Source: Clostridiales bacterium (GTDB lineage Bacteria; Bacillota; Clostridia; Christensenellales; UBA1242). From it: a stretch of DNA of 49,060 bases. Positions 27,214 through 35,833 of the stretch are shown piece by piece. The number at the start of each line of letters is the position of its first letter. Positions within the stretch are counted from its first letter, which is position 1. Location of the stretch: NCBI GenBank assembly GCA_918285425.1, contig CAKJZE010000049.1, positions 1-49,060 on the forward strand, in the 5' to 3' direction. Under the pieces are notes generated by a model that saw only the letters and a list, made by a program, of their open reading frames with translations, searched no databases and was not told the DNA's origin. Both the position numbers and the translations under genes were made by a program.

Positions 27214-28416
27214 TTATTTTTCACCGAGTTGTTCTTCAGGTTTATAATTTTTTGCACTTTCAATAACTTTTCCTGGGTTTACAATTTTGAATCCATTTTT
27301 ATTTGTGTCACAAGTTGACTTACAAATGTCAACATATTCATCAAATGTAATATTTGGATTCACTTGCAAACAAAGTGCATAAAGCCCAGCACATTGCGGA
27401 ATTGTCCATGAATAACAATCATCTTGTTCAAATTTATAACCATTATCAGAATAATATTCAGGAACACATTTACCACCACATATAAAATGCATTCGACATT
27501 TTTCCCATGCCTCTTGCGCAGGATTATTTTTATCTAACCAACTCGCCATACGTATATTGTCTATATCATATTTATCTTCATCATAAAATAAATGTCCACA
27601 ATGAAATCCACAGCTTCCAAACTTGTTAGCATCAAAAATAACACAGCCATATTGCTCAATTTTTTTGGTAAGCATTTCAATTGTATTTTTATCTTTATCT
27701 ATCTCTTTATATGCTTTATCTCCCATTCTGTCGATATAATCTTGATCATAAAATAAAGGTCCACTTCTGCTTATAATTTTAATTTGCTCACCATTTTCCA
27801 ACTTTTTCAAAATGTTCTCAAGTATTTTTATTGTATTTTTATTTAATTTCTTAACTTCACCACCACAATCTTGATAATAATGATACGCATTACATTCAGG
27901 GGCAACACCAACTGTTTTTCCACAAAGATTTGCCAAGATACAATCCCCATGAAAATGTGAATAATATTTTTCTGGCTTTTCTATTGATTGATAAGTGATA
28001 CTGCTGTCTTTAATTTCAATATGTTCAGGATTTTGTGGCTTTGAATCAATTGTTGCAACTATTGTGCCTTTACCTGTAATTCCTGCTTTGTGTAATTCTC
28101 GTATGCCAAGCATTGGATCTTTACCATTTTCAATGATTTTTTCAGGATCAAATCCTTTTGGCATCTTGTCTTTTTCTGGCCATTTGGTTGAACTATTGAA
28201 TGTTAATTTTCTTAAATGCTCAACATCAAGTTCTGAAAAATCATAATCTGAAACATCACTCCAACAAAAACCCCACCTTTGAAACATGTCTCTATTTAGA
28301 AAATTATCTGGTATAAGCAGATCGTCTATAAGTTGATTTGTGATTTTATAATCAGATGCATGATTTTTCAACGCATCATTCAATTGACTAACATAGATGT
28401 CACTATACTTTTTCAT
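27214..28416 (-). CDS. Divergent, Cys-rich subtilase (S8)-like protein, no signal peptide
   Basis: 400 aa. GITGKGTIVATIDS is the Asp motif, HFHGDCILANL the His motif, and YSWTIPQCAGLYALCL a Ser-motif-like segment. The three occur in D-H-S order. Confidence 0.4.
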   Translation of the reverse strand: MKKYSDIYVSQLNDALKNHASDYKITNQLIDDLLIPDNFLNRDMFQRWGFCWSDVSDYDFSELDVEHLRKLTFNSSTKWPEKDKMPKGFDPEKIIENGKDPMLGIRELHKAGITGKGTIVATIDSKPQNPEHIEIKDSSITYQSIEKPEKYYSHFHGDCILANLCGKTVGVAPECNAYHYYQDCGGEVKKLNKNTIKILENILKKLENGEQIKIISRSGPLFYDQDYIDRMGDKAYKEIDKDKNTIEMLTKKIEQYGCVIFDANKFGSCGFHCGHLFYDEDKYDIDNIRMASWLDKNNPAQEAWEKCRMHFICGGKCVPEYYSDNGYKFEQDDCYSWTIPQCAGLYALCLQVNPNITFDEYVDICKSTCDTNKNGFKIVNPGKVIESAKNYKPEEQLGEK

Positions 28417-28479
28417 ATATTTCCCTACTCTTTAACAGAATTTTTTTCATTTCTTAACTCCGTCATGGACAGTATAACA

Positions 28480-28495
28480 CTATAGTTAACTATAG
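28480..28495. repeat. Perfect 16-bp palindrome CTATAGTTAACTATAG in a divergent intergenic region
   Basis: Read directly from the sequence. It lies between the S8-like gene (start 28416) and the hisS promoter. Confidence 0.9.
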
Positions 28496-28567
28496 AGTCA
28501 ATATCTTTTTATAATTTTTAAAAATTTTTTTAAATTGGTTTTATATTTTCACAAAATTCCCAATCCC

Positions 28568-28596
28568 TTGACAAATATTATATAAAATGATATAAA
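28568..28596 (+). promoter_or_regulatory. Sigma-A-type promoter for hisS
   Basis: TTGACA (28568-28573), a 17-nt spacer and TATAAA (28591-28596). Confidence 0.5.
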
Positions 28597-28668
28597 ATAA
28601 AGCTGTAAAACAAATATAAAATAACATTTGATAATTGTATTACCAATTTAAAAAAGGCGGAATAAAAT

Positions 28669-29910
28669 ATGAAAACAACACCAGTTAAAGGTTGCCTGGA
28701 CTATCTTCCAAAAGATATGGAACTTCGCGGGCAAGTTATTGAAAGAATATTACAAGCGTATAAGAAAAATGGATTTTTACAGGTTAAAACACCTGTTCTT
28801 GAAAATTTGGAGAACTTGACAAGCGGTGACAGCGGCGACAACAAAAAATGGATGTTTAAAACAGTGAAACGCGGTGCAAAACTTGATTTGACAAAGCCAA
28901 ATCTTACCGAGGACGACATCACAGAAGAGGGGCTGCGTTATGACCTTACTGTTCCACTTGCACGTCTTTTTACAAAGAACAGAAATGACCTCACATTTCC
29001 ATTTAAATCTATACAAATAGACGACAGTTTTAGGGCAGAAAAACCACAAGAGGGACGTAATCGTCAGTTTACCCAATGTGACATAGACATTTGGGGCGAA
29101 CCAACAGTGTTGGGTGAAATCGAAATCATCACAACAATTATGGAAGCATACAAAAACGTTGGTATTACTGACGTTGTTTGCAAAATCTCAAGCAGAAAAA
29201 TTTTAACATCTATTCTTCTTTGGTGCGGTTTTGAACAATCTTCACTTAATGATGTGTGCATCATTATAGATAAACTTGATAAAATTGGTATAGACGGTTG
29301 CAAAAAAGAGCTTATTGAAATGGGCTTTAATGAAAAGTCAATCAATGTACTTGCAAATGCAATTGCAACAATTTCCGCAAATGGACTTCAAGCCTGTGTA
29401 AATTTTGGAGTAAATCAAACAGATATTGGTGAAGTTTCAACTATCATAAATACAGTTTCAAAATTTATGCCACAAAACTATCAGATTAAATTTGACATTT
29501 CAATAGTTCGTGGCCAAGGATACTATACTGGTGCAGTATTTGAAATGTACTGTCCATCAAGCGGTTTCCGCGGGGCAATTGGTGGCGGCGGAAGATATGA
29601 CAAAATGTACTATCGCTTTGCCGGACAAGACGTTCCTGCAGTCGGCTATGGCCTTGGACTTGACAGCGTGCTGTTGGTTCTTTCAAAACTTGGTATAACA
29701 AACCTTTCTGGCAACAAAAAGCTTGCCCTTGTTTACAGACCAGAAGAGCCAATAGAAGATATTATGCAAATCAAAAACAACTTCAAAAAAGAATTTGACG
29801 TTTCCCTCTTCCCATTCCCAAAAAATTTCAAAGAATTCTTGCGTCGTGCAAAACTTAATGGTTTTGATTATTTCGCAAAAACCGATAAACAAATCGTGGA
29901 AGAGATTTAA
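28669..29910 (+). CDS. hisS: Histidine--tRNA ligase, archaeal/eukaryote-like subtype
   Basis: 413 aa with LRYDLTVPLAR, class II motif 2 FRAEKPQEGRNRQFTQCDIDIWG, motif 3 GGGGRYD, and a C-terminal anticodon-binding-like domain. A GGCGGA RBS precedes the ATG. Confidence 0.85.
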   Translation: MKTTPVKGCLDYLPKDMELRGQVIERILQAYKKNGFLQVKTPVLENLENLTSGDSGDNKKWMFKTVKRGAKLDLTKPNLTEDDITEEGLRYDLTVPLARLFTKNRNDLTFPFKSIQIDDSFRAEKPQEGRNRQFTQCDIDIWGEPTVLGEIEIITTIMEAYKNVGITDVVCKISSRKILTSILLWCGFEQSSLNDVCIIIDKLDKIGIDGCKKELIEMGFNEKSINVLANAIATISANGLQACVNFGVNQTDIGEVSTIINTVSKFMPQNYQIKFDISIVRGQGYYTGAVFEMYCPSSGFRGAIGGGGRYDKMYYRFAGQDVPAVGYGLGLDSVLLVLSKLGITNLSGNKKLALVYRPEEPIEDIMQIKNNFKKEFDVSLFPFPKNFKEFLRRAKLNGFDYFAKTDKQIVEEI

Positions 29911-29925
29911 TAGAAAACTTATAAA

Positions 29926-29956
29926 AAATAACTGCATTATTGCAGTTATTTTATTT
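29926..29956 (+). terminator. Terminator after hisS
   Basis: ataactgca-ttat-tgcagttat followed by tttatttat. Confidence 0.55.
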
Positions 29957-29986
29957 ATGCCGCCGCCTTGCGCCGTTTTAAACCTG

Positions 29987-30943
29987 TCAAAACTTAAAGA
30001 CTTTATTATTATTTTTTATTTCTGTTACAATGCCTAAAATACTTGTAATGTCGTCATAGAAATTTTCAAACATACTTTCATCAAAATTCTTTTTATTTTT
30101 AAACTCAAAAAGATTTAATTTTGACATTGTGAAGACAAGTTTATTGTCATACATTGCCAGCTTTAATCCTTTTGTTCTTATGTTCAAAACTTTAAGTTTG
30201 TTTATCAGGTCAGGAGTTAAAACTAAAAATGCTTCAAGCTCTTTGTCTGCATATGTTTTAAGTTCTTTATTAAAATCAACATCTTCAAAATTAATTTTCT
30301 TTGTTCCATTAAGTTCGCAGTTAATGCCAAGTGTACACTTAAACATCACTGGAAAAGTAACATGAGCAAATGCACCTTTAAACACGCTTACAGTATAATG
30401 ATCAATTTCTCTGTGAGAATTTCCATATTGATCCACAACATAATGTACCCTTTCCTCCTGTTTAGTTACAGAAAGATCACTTATATGAAACCATGTGTTA
30501 GATGGTGTATCATCGTCATTTGGAACATTGATTGAAAGCAAGTCTTCCCCGCAGTACTCGTCATATTTATCAGCAAAAGGGCTTTTCTCAAAGACGTCTT
30601 CTGGTATATATTTATCCATTGAATATTCATACTTATAATCTTTCAAAAGAAAGTTTAATATTTTAGGCATAATTTGTTCTTTGTATTTCGACCAATTAAA
30701 TGCGTGGTTATGTCTGACTATAAAATATGATATAAGCATCATAACTGCCATAAAAATAAATAAAACAATTTTCAACATCTGATTTTCCACTGATAAAGCC
30801 AAAATAGTAAAACCAACCGCTTCCAATATAAGCACAACAGATAAAATTATGCCAAATTTTATCTTTGCCTTCCTCAAACCTTCTTTATCGTCATCAGTAA
30901 TTAAAGTTTTTACAAAATCTTGAAATTCTATTTTTGATACCAT
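29987..30943 (-). CDS. Two-TM membrane protein, DUF3137-like, translationally coupled to lemA
   Basis: 318 aa with two adjacent TM helices (aa ~30-75) followed by a ~240-aa soluble domain. Its start overlaps the lemA stop (TAATG). The family call is from memory of the LemA-DUF3137 gene pairing. Confidence 0.45.
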   Translation of the reverse strand: MVSKIEFQDFVKTLITDDDKEGLRKAKIKFGIILSVVLILEAVGFTILALSVENQMLKIVLFIFMAVMMLISYFIVRHNHAFNWSKYKEQIMPKILNFLLKDYKYEYSMDKYIPEDVFEKSPFADKYDEYCGEDLLSINVPNDDDTPSNTWFHISDLSVTKQEERVHYVVDQYGNSHREIDHYTVSVFKGAFAHVTFPVMFKCTLGINCELNGTKKINFEDVDFNKELKTYADKELEAFLVLTPDLINKLKVLNIRTKGLKLAMYDNKLVFTMSKLNLFEFKNKKNFDESMFENFYDDITSILGIVTEIKNNNKVFKF

Positions 30944-31617
30944 TATTTTTTACCACCAAAATTTACAAATGCTGAAATATTCTCACCTGCATCAATTTTA
31001 AACAGCTCTTGTTTTTCAAAACCAAATATAAACGCAAACATATTATTTGGAAATGTTTGAATAAGAGTGTTATATGCATTGACATTGCTGTCATAAATTC
31101 TTCTTGATGCAACAAGTTTGTCTTCCACTGTTGAAAGCTCATCCATAAGACTTTTAAAAAGTGCATCTGATTTCAGTTTTGGGTAATCCTCGGCCAAAAC
31201 TAAAATATGTTTTAACTTTGGCAACATTTTATTTGCAGCTTCCAACTTTTCTTCTTCATTGTTTGTCTTTACTGCTTGATTACGAAGTTTAACAATTTCT
31301 TCAAATACTTTTTCTTCGTGTTTTGCATAACCCTTAACAGTGTTGACAAGATTTGGTATAAGATCAAAACGCAGTTTAAGGTGAATATCAATAAGAGCCA
31401 AACTCTCTTTAACTTTGTTTTTATATCTCACAAGTTTGTTGTATGTTTTTACAATGCCTGTAACAGCAATCAGACCAACAATTAATATAATTGATCCAGT
31501 TATAATTCCCACAACATCTTTATCGCCAATACCCATTGCAAGCATTAAAACGCCAGCCAAAGTAAGCCCAACCGAACATAAACATAAAATCATAATCAAT
31601 GCTGAATTTTTTTTCAT
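30943..31617 (-). CDS. lemA: LemA family protein
   Basis: Start placed at ATG 31617 (MKKNSALIM), preceded by AGAGGTG. It has an N-terminal TM and then YNKLVRYKNKVKESLALIDIHLKLRFDLIPNLVNTVKGYAKHE...RRIYDSNVNAYN, a classic LemA pattern. Confidence 0.85.
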   Translation of the reverse strand: MKKNSALIMILCLCSVGLTLAGVLMLAMGIGDKDVVGIITGSIILIVGLIAVTGIVKTYNKLVRYKNKVKESLALIDIHLKLRFDLIPNLVNTVKGYAKHEEKVFEEIVKLRNQAVKTNNEEEKLEAANKMLPKLKHILVLAEDYPKLKSDALFKSLMDELSTVEDKLVASRRIYDSNVNAYNTLIQTFPNNMFAFIFGFEKQELFKIDAGENISAFVNFGGKK

Positions 31618-31735
31618 AGACACACCTCTTAAATTAATAGTATAATAAAATAAAAAGAAAATCAAACAAATTGCAATAATATTTTACTTTTATGCGTCTT
31701 AAAAACACAATATATAATAATTTTGCATAAAAATA

Positions 31736-31764
31736 TTTACAAAAATCATATTTTATGGTATAAT
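31736..31764 (+). promoter_or_regulatory. Orphan strong promoter-like element with no downstream + strand ORF
   Basis: TTTACA (31736-31741), a 17-nt spacer containing TG at 31756-31757, and TATAAT (31759-31764). Confidence 0.4.
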
Positions 31765-31791
31765 ATATATGTTAAGCAAAATTAAAAATAG

Positions 31792-31821
31792 AAAAGTCCG
31801 AGAGTTTACTCGGGCTTTTTT
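31792..31821. terminator. Bidirectional hairpin overlapping the stop codon of the 31806-32579 methyltransferase
   Basis: aaaa-gtccgag-agttta-ctcgggc-tttttt. On the minus strand it follows the MTase stop, and on the plus strand it lies ~30 nt after the orphan promoter. Confidence 0.6.
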
Positions 31822-32579
31822 AATATGTCCATAACATGAGAGCTTGCACCCAAAAGCTCTTTTTGTTCGCAAACAGATTCCTGATATTCAATAAAAGTCT
31901 TAAAATCCTGTTCGCTCAGCTTATTAATTACTGGTCTTATATAGTCTGTTGCCCCATCAATAGCAATAATTTTATATCTTTTTAAACCGCTTGCACTCTT
32001 CAGTTTATTTATCTCGTTAAGTCTTACATAGCTGTATAAATCTTCTTCTGCATTTGTAACTACAAAATTTTTATCAAGTTTTCCGTCCTTCAAACACTTT
32101 TGTAAATTTCCTTCCTTAAAGGCATAAGTTATCACGGCATACTCGTTCATAAGATACATAATCATTACAAATCCACCAGGTTTAAGAACTCTTTTTGCTT
32201 CATTTATGGCCTTCAACTTGTCATCAAAACTAAAAAGATGATAAAGTGGGCCAAATAGTAATGCAATATCAAAATAATTATCTGCAAATTTCAGCTTAAG
32301 AGCATTACCTTTCACTGCTTTTATTTTGTCATTTTTTTGAGAAATCTGACTGACATTTTTTTGCACAAGCTCAACAGCAGTCACATCATGCCCCATTTGC
32401 GCAAGAGCTGCACTATACCTTCCTGTGCCGGCACCAATATCAATAATTGCCAAATTTTTTCTTTTGCCAATAACTTTGTTTATATACTTCATGGCAATAG
32501 TAAATTCCACCTGTCCATGACGCGATAAAAGGCGTTTATCTTCATTAAATTTGTTGTAATATTTTTCTAAACAATTCAT
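31806..32579 (-). CDS. Class I SAM-dependent methyltransferase
   Basis: 257 aa with motif I IIDIGAGTGRYSAALA and post-I DVTAVE. Confidence 0.75.
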   Translation of the reverse strand: MNCLEKYYNKFNEDKRLLSRHGQVEFTIAMKYINKVIGKRKNLAIIDIGAGTGRYSAALAQMGHDVTAVELVQKNVSQISQKNDKIKAVKGNALKLKFADNYFDIALLFGPLYHLFSFDDKLKAINEAKRVLKPGGFVMIMYLMNEYAVITYAFKEGNLQKCLKDGKLDKNFVVTNAEEDLYSYVRLNEINKLKSASGLKRYKIIAIDGATDYIRPVINKLSEQDFKTFIEYQESVCEQKELLGASSHVMDILKKPE

Positions 32580-32651
32580 TATTTACCATTCCTTTTGTTA
32601 CATTTTATCATACAACAAATTTATTTGCAATATTAAAAGACAAGCAATTAT

Positions 32652-33629
32652 TTAAGTTATAAACCTACCTATAAACTCAAAAACTTTGTTGAAATAGTTT
32701 TCAGGGTCTTGAGACGCACTATACGCATGCGTGGCACCGGCAACTATGAATTTTTCTTTTTCAATTTGACTGTTTGCATCATACACCTTTGTAAGCATTT
32801 CAAGAGGGACAAAAGTGTCTTTATCGCCATGAATAAATAACATAGGAACTTTTGATTTTTGCAGTTGAGCGGTTGCATCCATTTGCTTTAAATTTACACC
32901 AGTTTTCAGCTGTGCATAGGTATTTAAAGCACCCAAAGCAAAACCTCTCAACGGTATGTTGATGAAATTGTCAGCAACATAGGCGTATTGATCATACACA
33001 CTTGAATATCCACAATCCTCAACCGCCACCTTAACATTACTTGGCAAATCTTCTCCACAAGTCATCATCACTGTTGCCGCACCCATAGACACCCCATGCA
33101 AAACTATTTGAGATGTTGGGAATTTGTTTATTATTTTCTCTATCCAACACAATAAGTCCTTGCGGTCAGTATAACCCATACCAACATACTTACCTTCACT
33201 CTTGCCATGTCCTTTTAAATCGGGCAACAGCACATTAAAACCTTGATTATAATAGTTGTAAGCATAAAGACTCATACCTTCTGCCTTATCCCTGTAACCA
33301 TGCACACAAACTGCCCACTTATCTGAATTTGTGTTTTGTTTAAACTCGTAAGCATGTAACCTATAACCATCAAAAGATGTGATATAAACATCTTCTTTAT
33401 CAATTTGATCAAACCAGTCCTTTTGCTGTAATGGTTTAGGCATTTCTATATTTACATTTTTAGGTATATTTGATGTTGTTGCAAACGTCGCATCAAGTGA
33501 AAATGTAAACAAATAGTATCCCAGCGTTAAGTAAACAGACAAAATGAAGAAAATTAAAAAGGTTAGCATAGAAAAAGCAGCCACCAACACCATTCTCATC
33601 TTTTCTTTTTTATAAGAACTTCTCATCAT
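32652..33629 (-). CDS. Membrane-anchored alpha/beta hydrolase (alternative TTG start at 33644)
   Basis: N-terminal TM, then VHGYRD, the nucleophile elbow LHGVSMGAAT, and FIHGDKDTFVP...GATHAY. Confidence 0.7.
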   Translation of the reverse strand: MMRSSYKKEKMRMVLVAAFSMLTFLIFFILSVYLTLGYYLFTFSLDATFATTSNIPKNVNIEMPKPLQQKDWFDQIDKEDVYITSFDGYRLHAYEFKQNTNSDKWAVCVHGYRDKAEGMSLYAYNYYNQGFNVLLPDLKGHGKSEGKYVGMGYTDRKDLLCWIEKIINKFPTSQIVLHGVSMGAATVMMTCGEDLPSNVKVAVEDCGYSSVYDQYAYVADNFINIPLRGFALGALNTYAQLKTGVNLKQMDATAQLQKSKVPMLFIHGDKDTFVPLEMLTKVYDANSQIEKEKFIVAGATHAYSASQDPENYFNKVFEFIGRFIT

Positions 33630-33758
33630 CTTTAGTTTGCCCAAATTTCAAATTTTTAAATATTAAAAAATGATAAATTTATTACAAGTTTTCAGGTATA
33701 AACATACAAAAAGTAAAATGTTATCACTTTCTGGTTTATTTCTAAATATGAAAAATAT

Positions 33759-33787
33759 TTGACATTTAACATAATTCATGCTATCAT
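33759..33787 (+). promoter_or_regulatory. Sigma-A-type promoter of the radical SAM cassette
   Basis: TTGACA (33759-33764), a 17-nt spacer and TATCAT (33782-33787). Confidence 0.5.
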
Positions 33788-33811
33788 ATAAATATAAGAT
33801 TAGAGGGGGCC

Positions 33812-33844
33812 ATGAGTATGAACTTTAAACTTGTAGGAAATTAA
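33812..33844 (+). CDS. Micro-ORF MSMNFKLVGN (10 codons; 8 if started at the second ATG, 33818). Candidate leader or precursor peptide, speculative.
   Basis: GAGGGGG (33803-33809) sits 8 nt upstream of the second ATG. The ORF ends 4 nt before the terminator hairpin, and it is the only ORF in the ~100-nt leader. Confidence 0.2.
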   Translation: MSMNFKLVGN

Positions 33845-33848
33845 AAAT

Positions 33849-33878
33849 GAAACCGATTTAATCGGTTTCTTTATTTTA
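33849..33878 (+). terminator. Intrinsic terminator/attenuator between the promoter and the radical SAM gene
   Basis: gaaaccgat-tta-atcggtttc, a perfect 9-bp stem, followed by tttatttta. It ends directly against the rSAM RBS (taggagaa, 33879-33886), 12 nt before the ATG at 33891. Confidence 0.6.
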
Positions 33879-33890
33879 TAGGAGAATTAA

Positions 33891-35084
33891 ATGGAAAAAT
33901 ATTCATCAATCAGATTAGAAATAACCTCAAAGTGTAACTTAAAATGTTCTTATTGTCATAATGCAAAATATGCAAATAATGCAGAAGACCTTTCTACTGA
34001 AGAAATCTTAAAACTTATAAGAAATCTTAAGAGCTATTATCCAATAAATAAAATTTTACTAACCGGAGGTGAGCCTTTGTGCCAACCAGATTTAGTAAAA
34101 ATTGTTCAAGAAATAACAAACTTAAAAATTAAGCCAGACATGGTTTCAAATGGTACATTGTTAAATAAAAATTTTATAAAAGAATTAGATAATGCTGGTT
34201 TAAAACGTATAAGGTTAAGTATAGACGAAATCGGCAATAAAAGTAAGATTAGGGGGACTTCGTCGCCTAAAGACCTTTGGCTTAAAGTGAAAGAAATACA
34301 AGAAAATTCAAATATTGAAGTTTGTATTCATTCTGTATGTTCTCCAAATAATGTAAATATTTTAGATAAATTATATAAACAAGTTGTTGCTTCTGGGGCT
34401 AAAAGGTGGAGAGTGTTTGACATAGGCTATCAAGGCGGATTTGCAAACGAATACAAAAATTACAATTTAGTTAGATATTATAAAACCTATATTAAAAAAG
34501 CAAGAGCTATACTAAAATCATATATTAAAAATGAAGTATATAAAAAGCTTGACATAGAAATAAGCAATATATTTAGAACAGACTTTTTAAAATTATCGCA
34601 AGAAGATATTGATACACTTAATTTACAAAAAGAATTAGAAATAAAACTTAAAAGTAATCCTTGTGATTATGTAAAAGGTCACCAACTAACTATAAGAAGT
34701 GATGGAAAAGCGTCATTATGTCAATACTACAGGAATTGTATTTTTGACTATAAAAAGAATAGTTTTGACATAGCAAAAACTGTAAAAAATAAACAACCTT
34801 GTACGGAAAATGATATGTTCGTCAAAAATGTACCATATTGTAAAAATTGCAAATACATATTAATGTGCAGTTGTGGCTGCAGATCAAGGGCCGAATTTTT
34901 TACACATAATATTTATGAAGCAGATCCTATTGCATGTTATTTATCAAAAGAAGTTGATAAAAAAATCATGCCATTACTGCCATCAAACATAAAAAATTAT
35001 TATAATGCAATAAAAATCCAATCAGGAACGGAACCAAAATACAATTATAAAGATGTAAAAACTTTTTTAAGGTCACAAAAATGA
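33891..35084 (+). CDS. Radical SAM enzyme with C-terminal SPASM domain
   Basis: 397 aa with CNLKCSYC (CX3CX2C) at residues 14-21 and LLTGGEPL. The SPASM signature is CDYVKGHQLTIRSDGKASLC (CX13GX4C) plus CKNCKYILMCSCGC (CX2CX5CX3C). Confidence 0.85.
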   Translation: MEKYSSIRLEITSKCNLKCSYCHNAKYANNAEDLSTEEILKLIRNLKSYYPINKILLTGGEPLCQPDLVKIVQEITNLKIKPDMVSNGTLLNKNFIKELDNAGLKRIRLSIDEIGNKSKIRGTSSPKDLWLKVKEIQENSNIEVCIHSVCSPNNVNILDKLYKQVVASGAKRWRVFDIGYQGGFANEYKNYNLVRYYKTYIKKARAILKSYIKNEVYKKLDIEISNIFRTDFLKLSQEDIDTLNLQKELEIKLKSNPCDYVKGHQLTIRSDGKASLCQYYRNCIFDYKKNSFDIAKTVKNKQPCTENDMFVKNVPYCKNCKYILMCSCGCRSRAEFFTHNIYEADPIACYLSKEVDKKIMPLLPSNIKNYYNAIKIQSGTEPKYNYKDVKTFLRSQK

Positions 35085-35833
35085 ATAATATTGGATGTAA
35101 ATTAATAATAGATGATTTTGAAAACCCTTCCTATGATATCAACCTTCCTTCACACATAGAATTAAAAGTAAACAAATTTTTATTAAATGATTATAACCTA
35201 AAAAAAATTATTCAGTTTTTGTCTGAAAATAATATTAAATTTTCTTTTCACTTGCCTAAATCATTGTTATATGATAAATCAGACTTTAATACAACAATGA
35301 AATTTATAAAATTTTTATCAAAAATAAAATATACTAATACGATACATTTAATATTTCACTTTAAAGACACACCATTGATTAAAGAGAAAAAATTAAATAA
35401 ACTCTTTTCGTTGGCACCAGAAAATTGTATTTTTCTTTTAGAAAATATTGTTACCCATTATGATGACCAATTTATTAATGATTTACAAAATTTCTTTAAT
35501 TTATATGAAAATTACAACATAAAATTTTGCCTTGATATTGGACATTTATTGTTTTCAAAAAAATTTTTCAATATTTCAGATAAATCAATAAACATATTAT
35601 TAAAAAATGTAAAATCAAAAATATTTGAATTTCATATTCATAATTTTAATGAATCTAAAGATCACCTTATGTTCCATAGTTATGATCAAATATTTGAATT
35701 TTTTAACTTAATATATTTACTAAATTCAAATTGTCCTATTATACTTGAATCAAAACATGAGAACTTCAATCAATTAGAACAAGAATTAAAAAATATAGAA
35801 AAATGGAGGAAAAAATATGAGACCTTTTTATGA
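35081..35833 (+). CDS. Xylose-isomerase-like TIM-barrel protein (sugar phosphate isomerase/epimerase, AP-endonuclease-2 fold family)
   Basis: 250 aa in an ATGA overlap with the rSAM stop. Spaced motifs FSFHLP, FLLENIV, FCLDIGHLLF, FEFHIHNF and IILESKH resemble the metal-ligand pattern of the family. Confidence 0.55.
   Translation: MNNIGCKLIIDDFENPSYDINLPSHIELKVNKFLLNDYNLKKIIQFLSENNIKFSFHLPKSLLYDKSDFNTTMKFIKFLSKIKYTNTIHLIFHFKDTPLIKEKKLNKLFSLAPENCIFLLENIVTHYDDQFINDLQNFFNLYENYNIKFCLDIGHLLFSKKFFNISDKSINILLKNVKSKIFEFHIHNFNESKDHLMFHSYDQIFEFFNLIYLLNSNCPIILESKHENFNQLEQELKNIEKWRKKYETFL

Noticed and set aside
28417-28668. T-box riboswitch upstream of hisS.
   Set aside because: I found no T-box sequence (AATTAGGGTGGTACCGCG-like), no specifier-loop architecture and no terminator/antiterminator pair by eye. 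Only a promoter and a palindrome are visible. A covariance-model scan would be needed to be certain.
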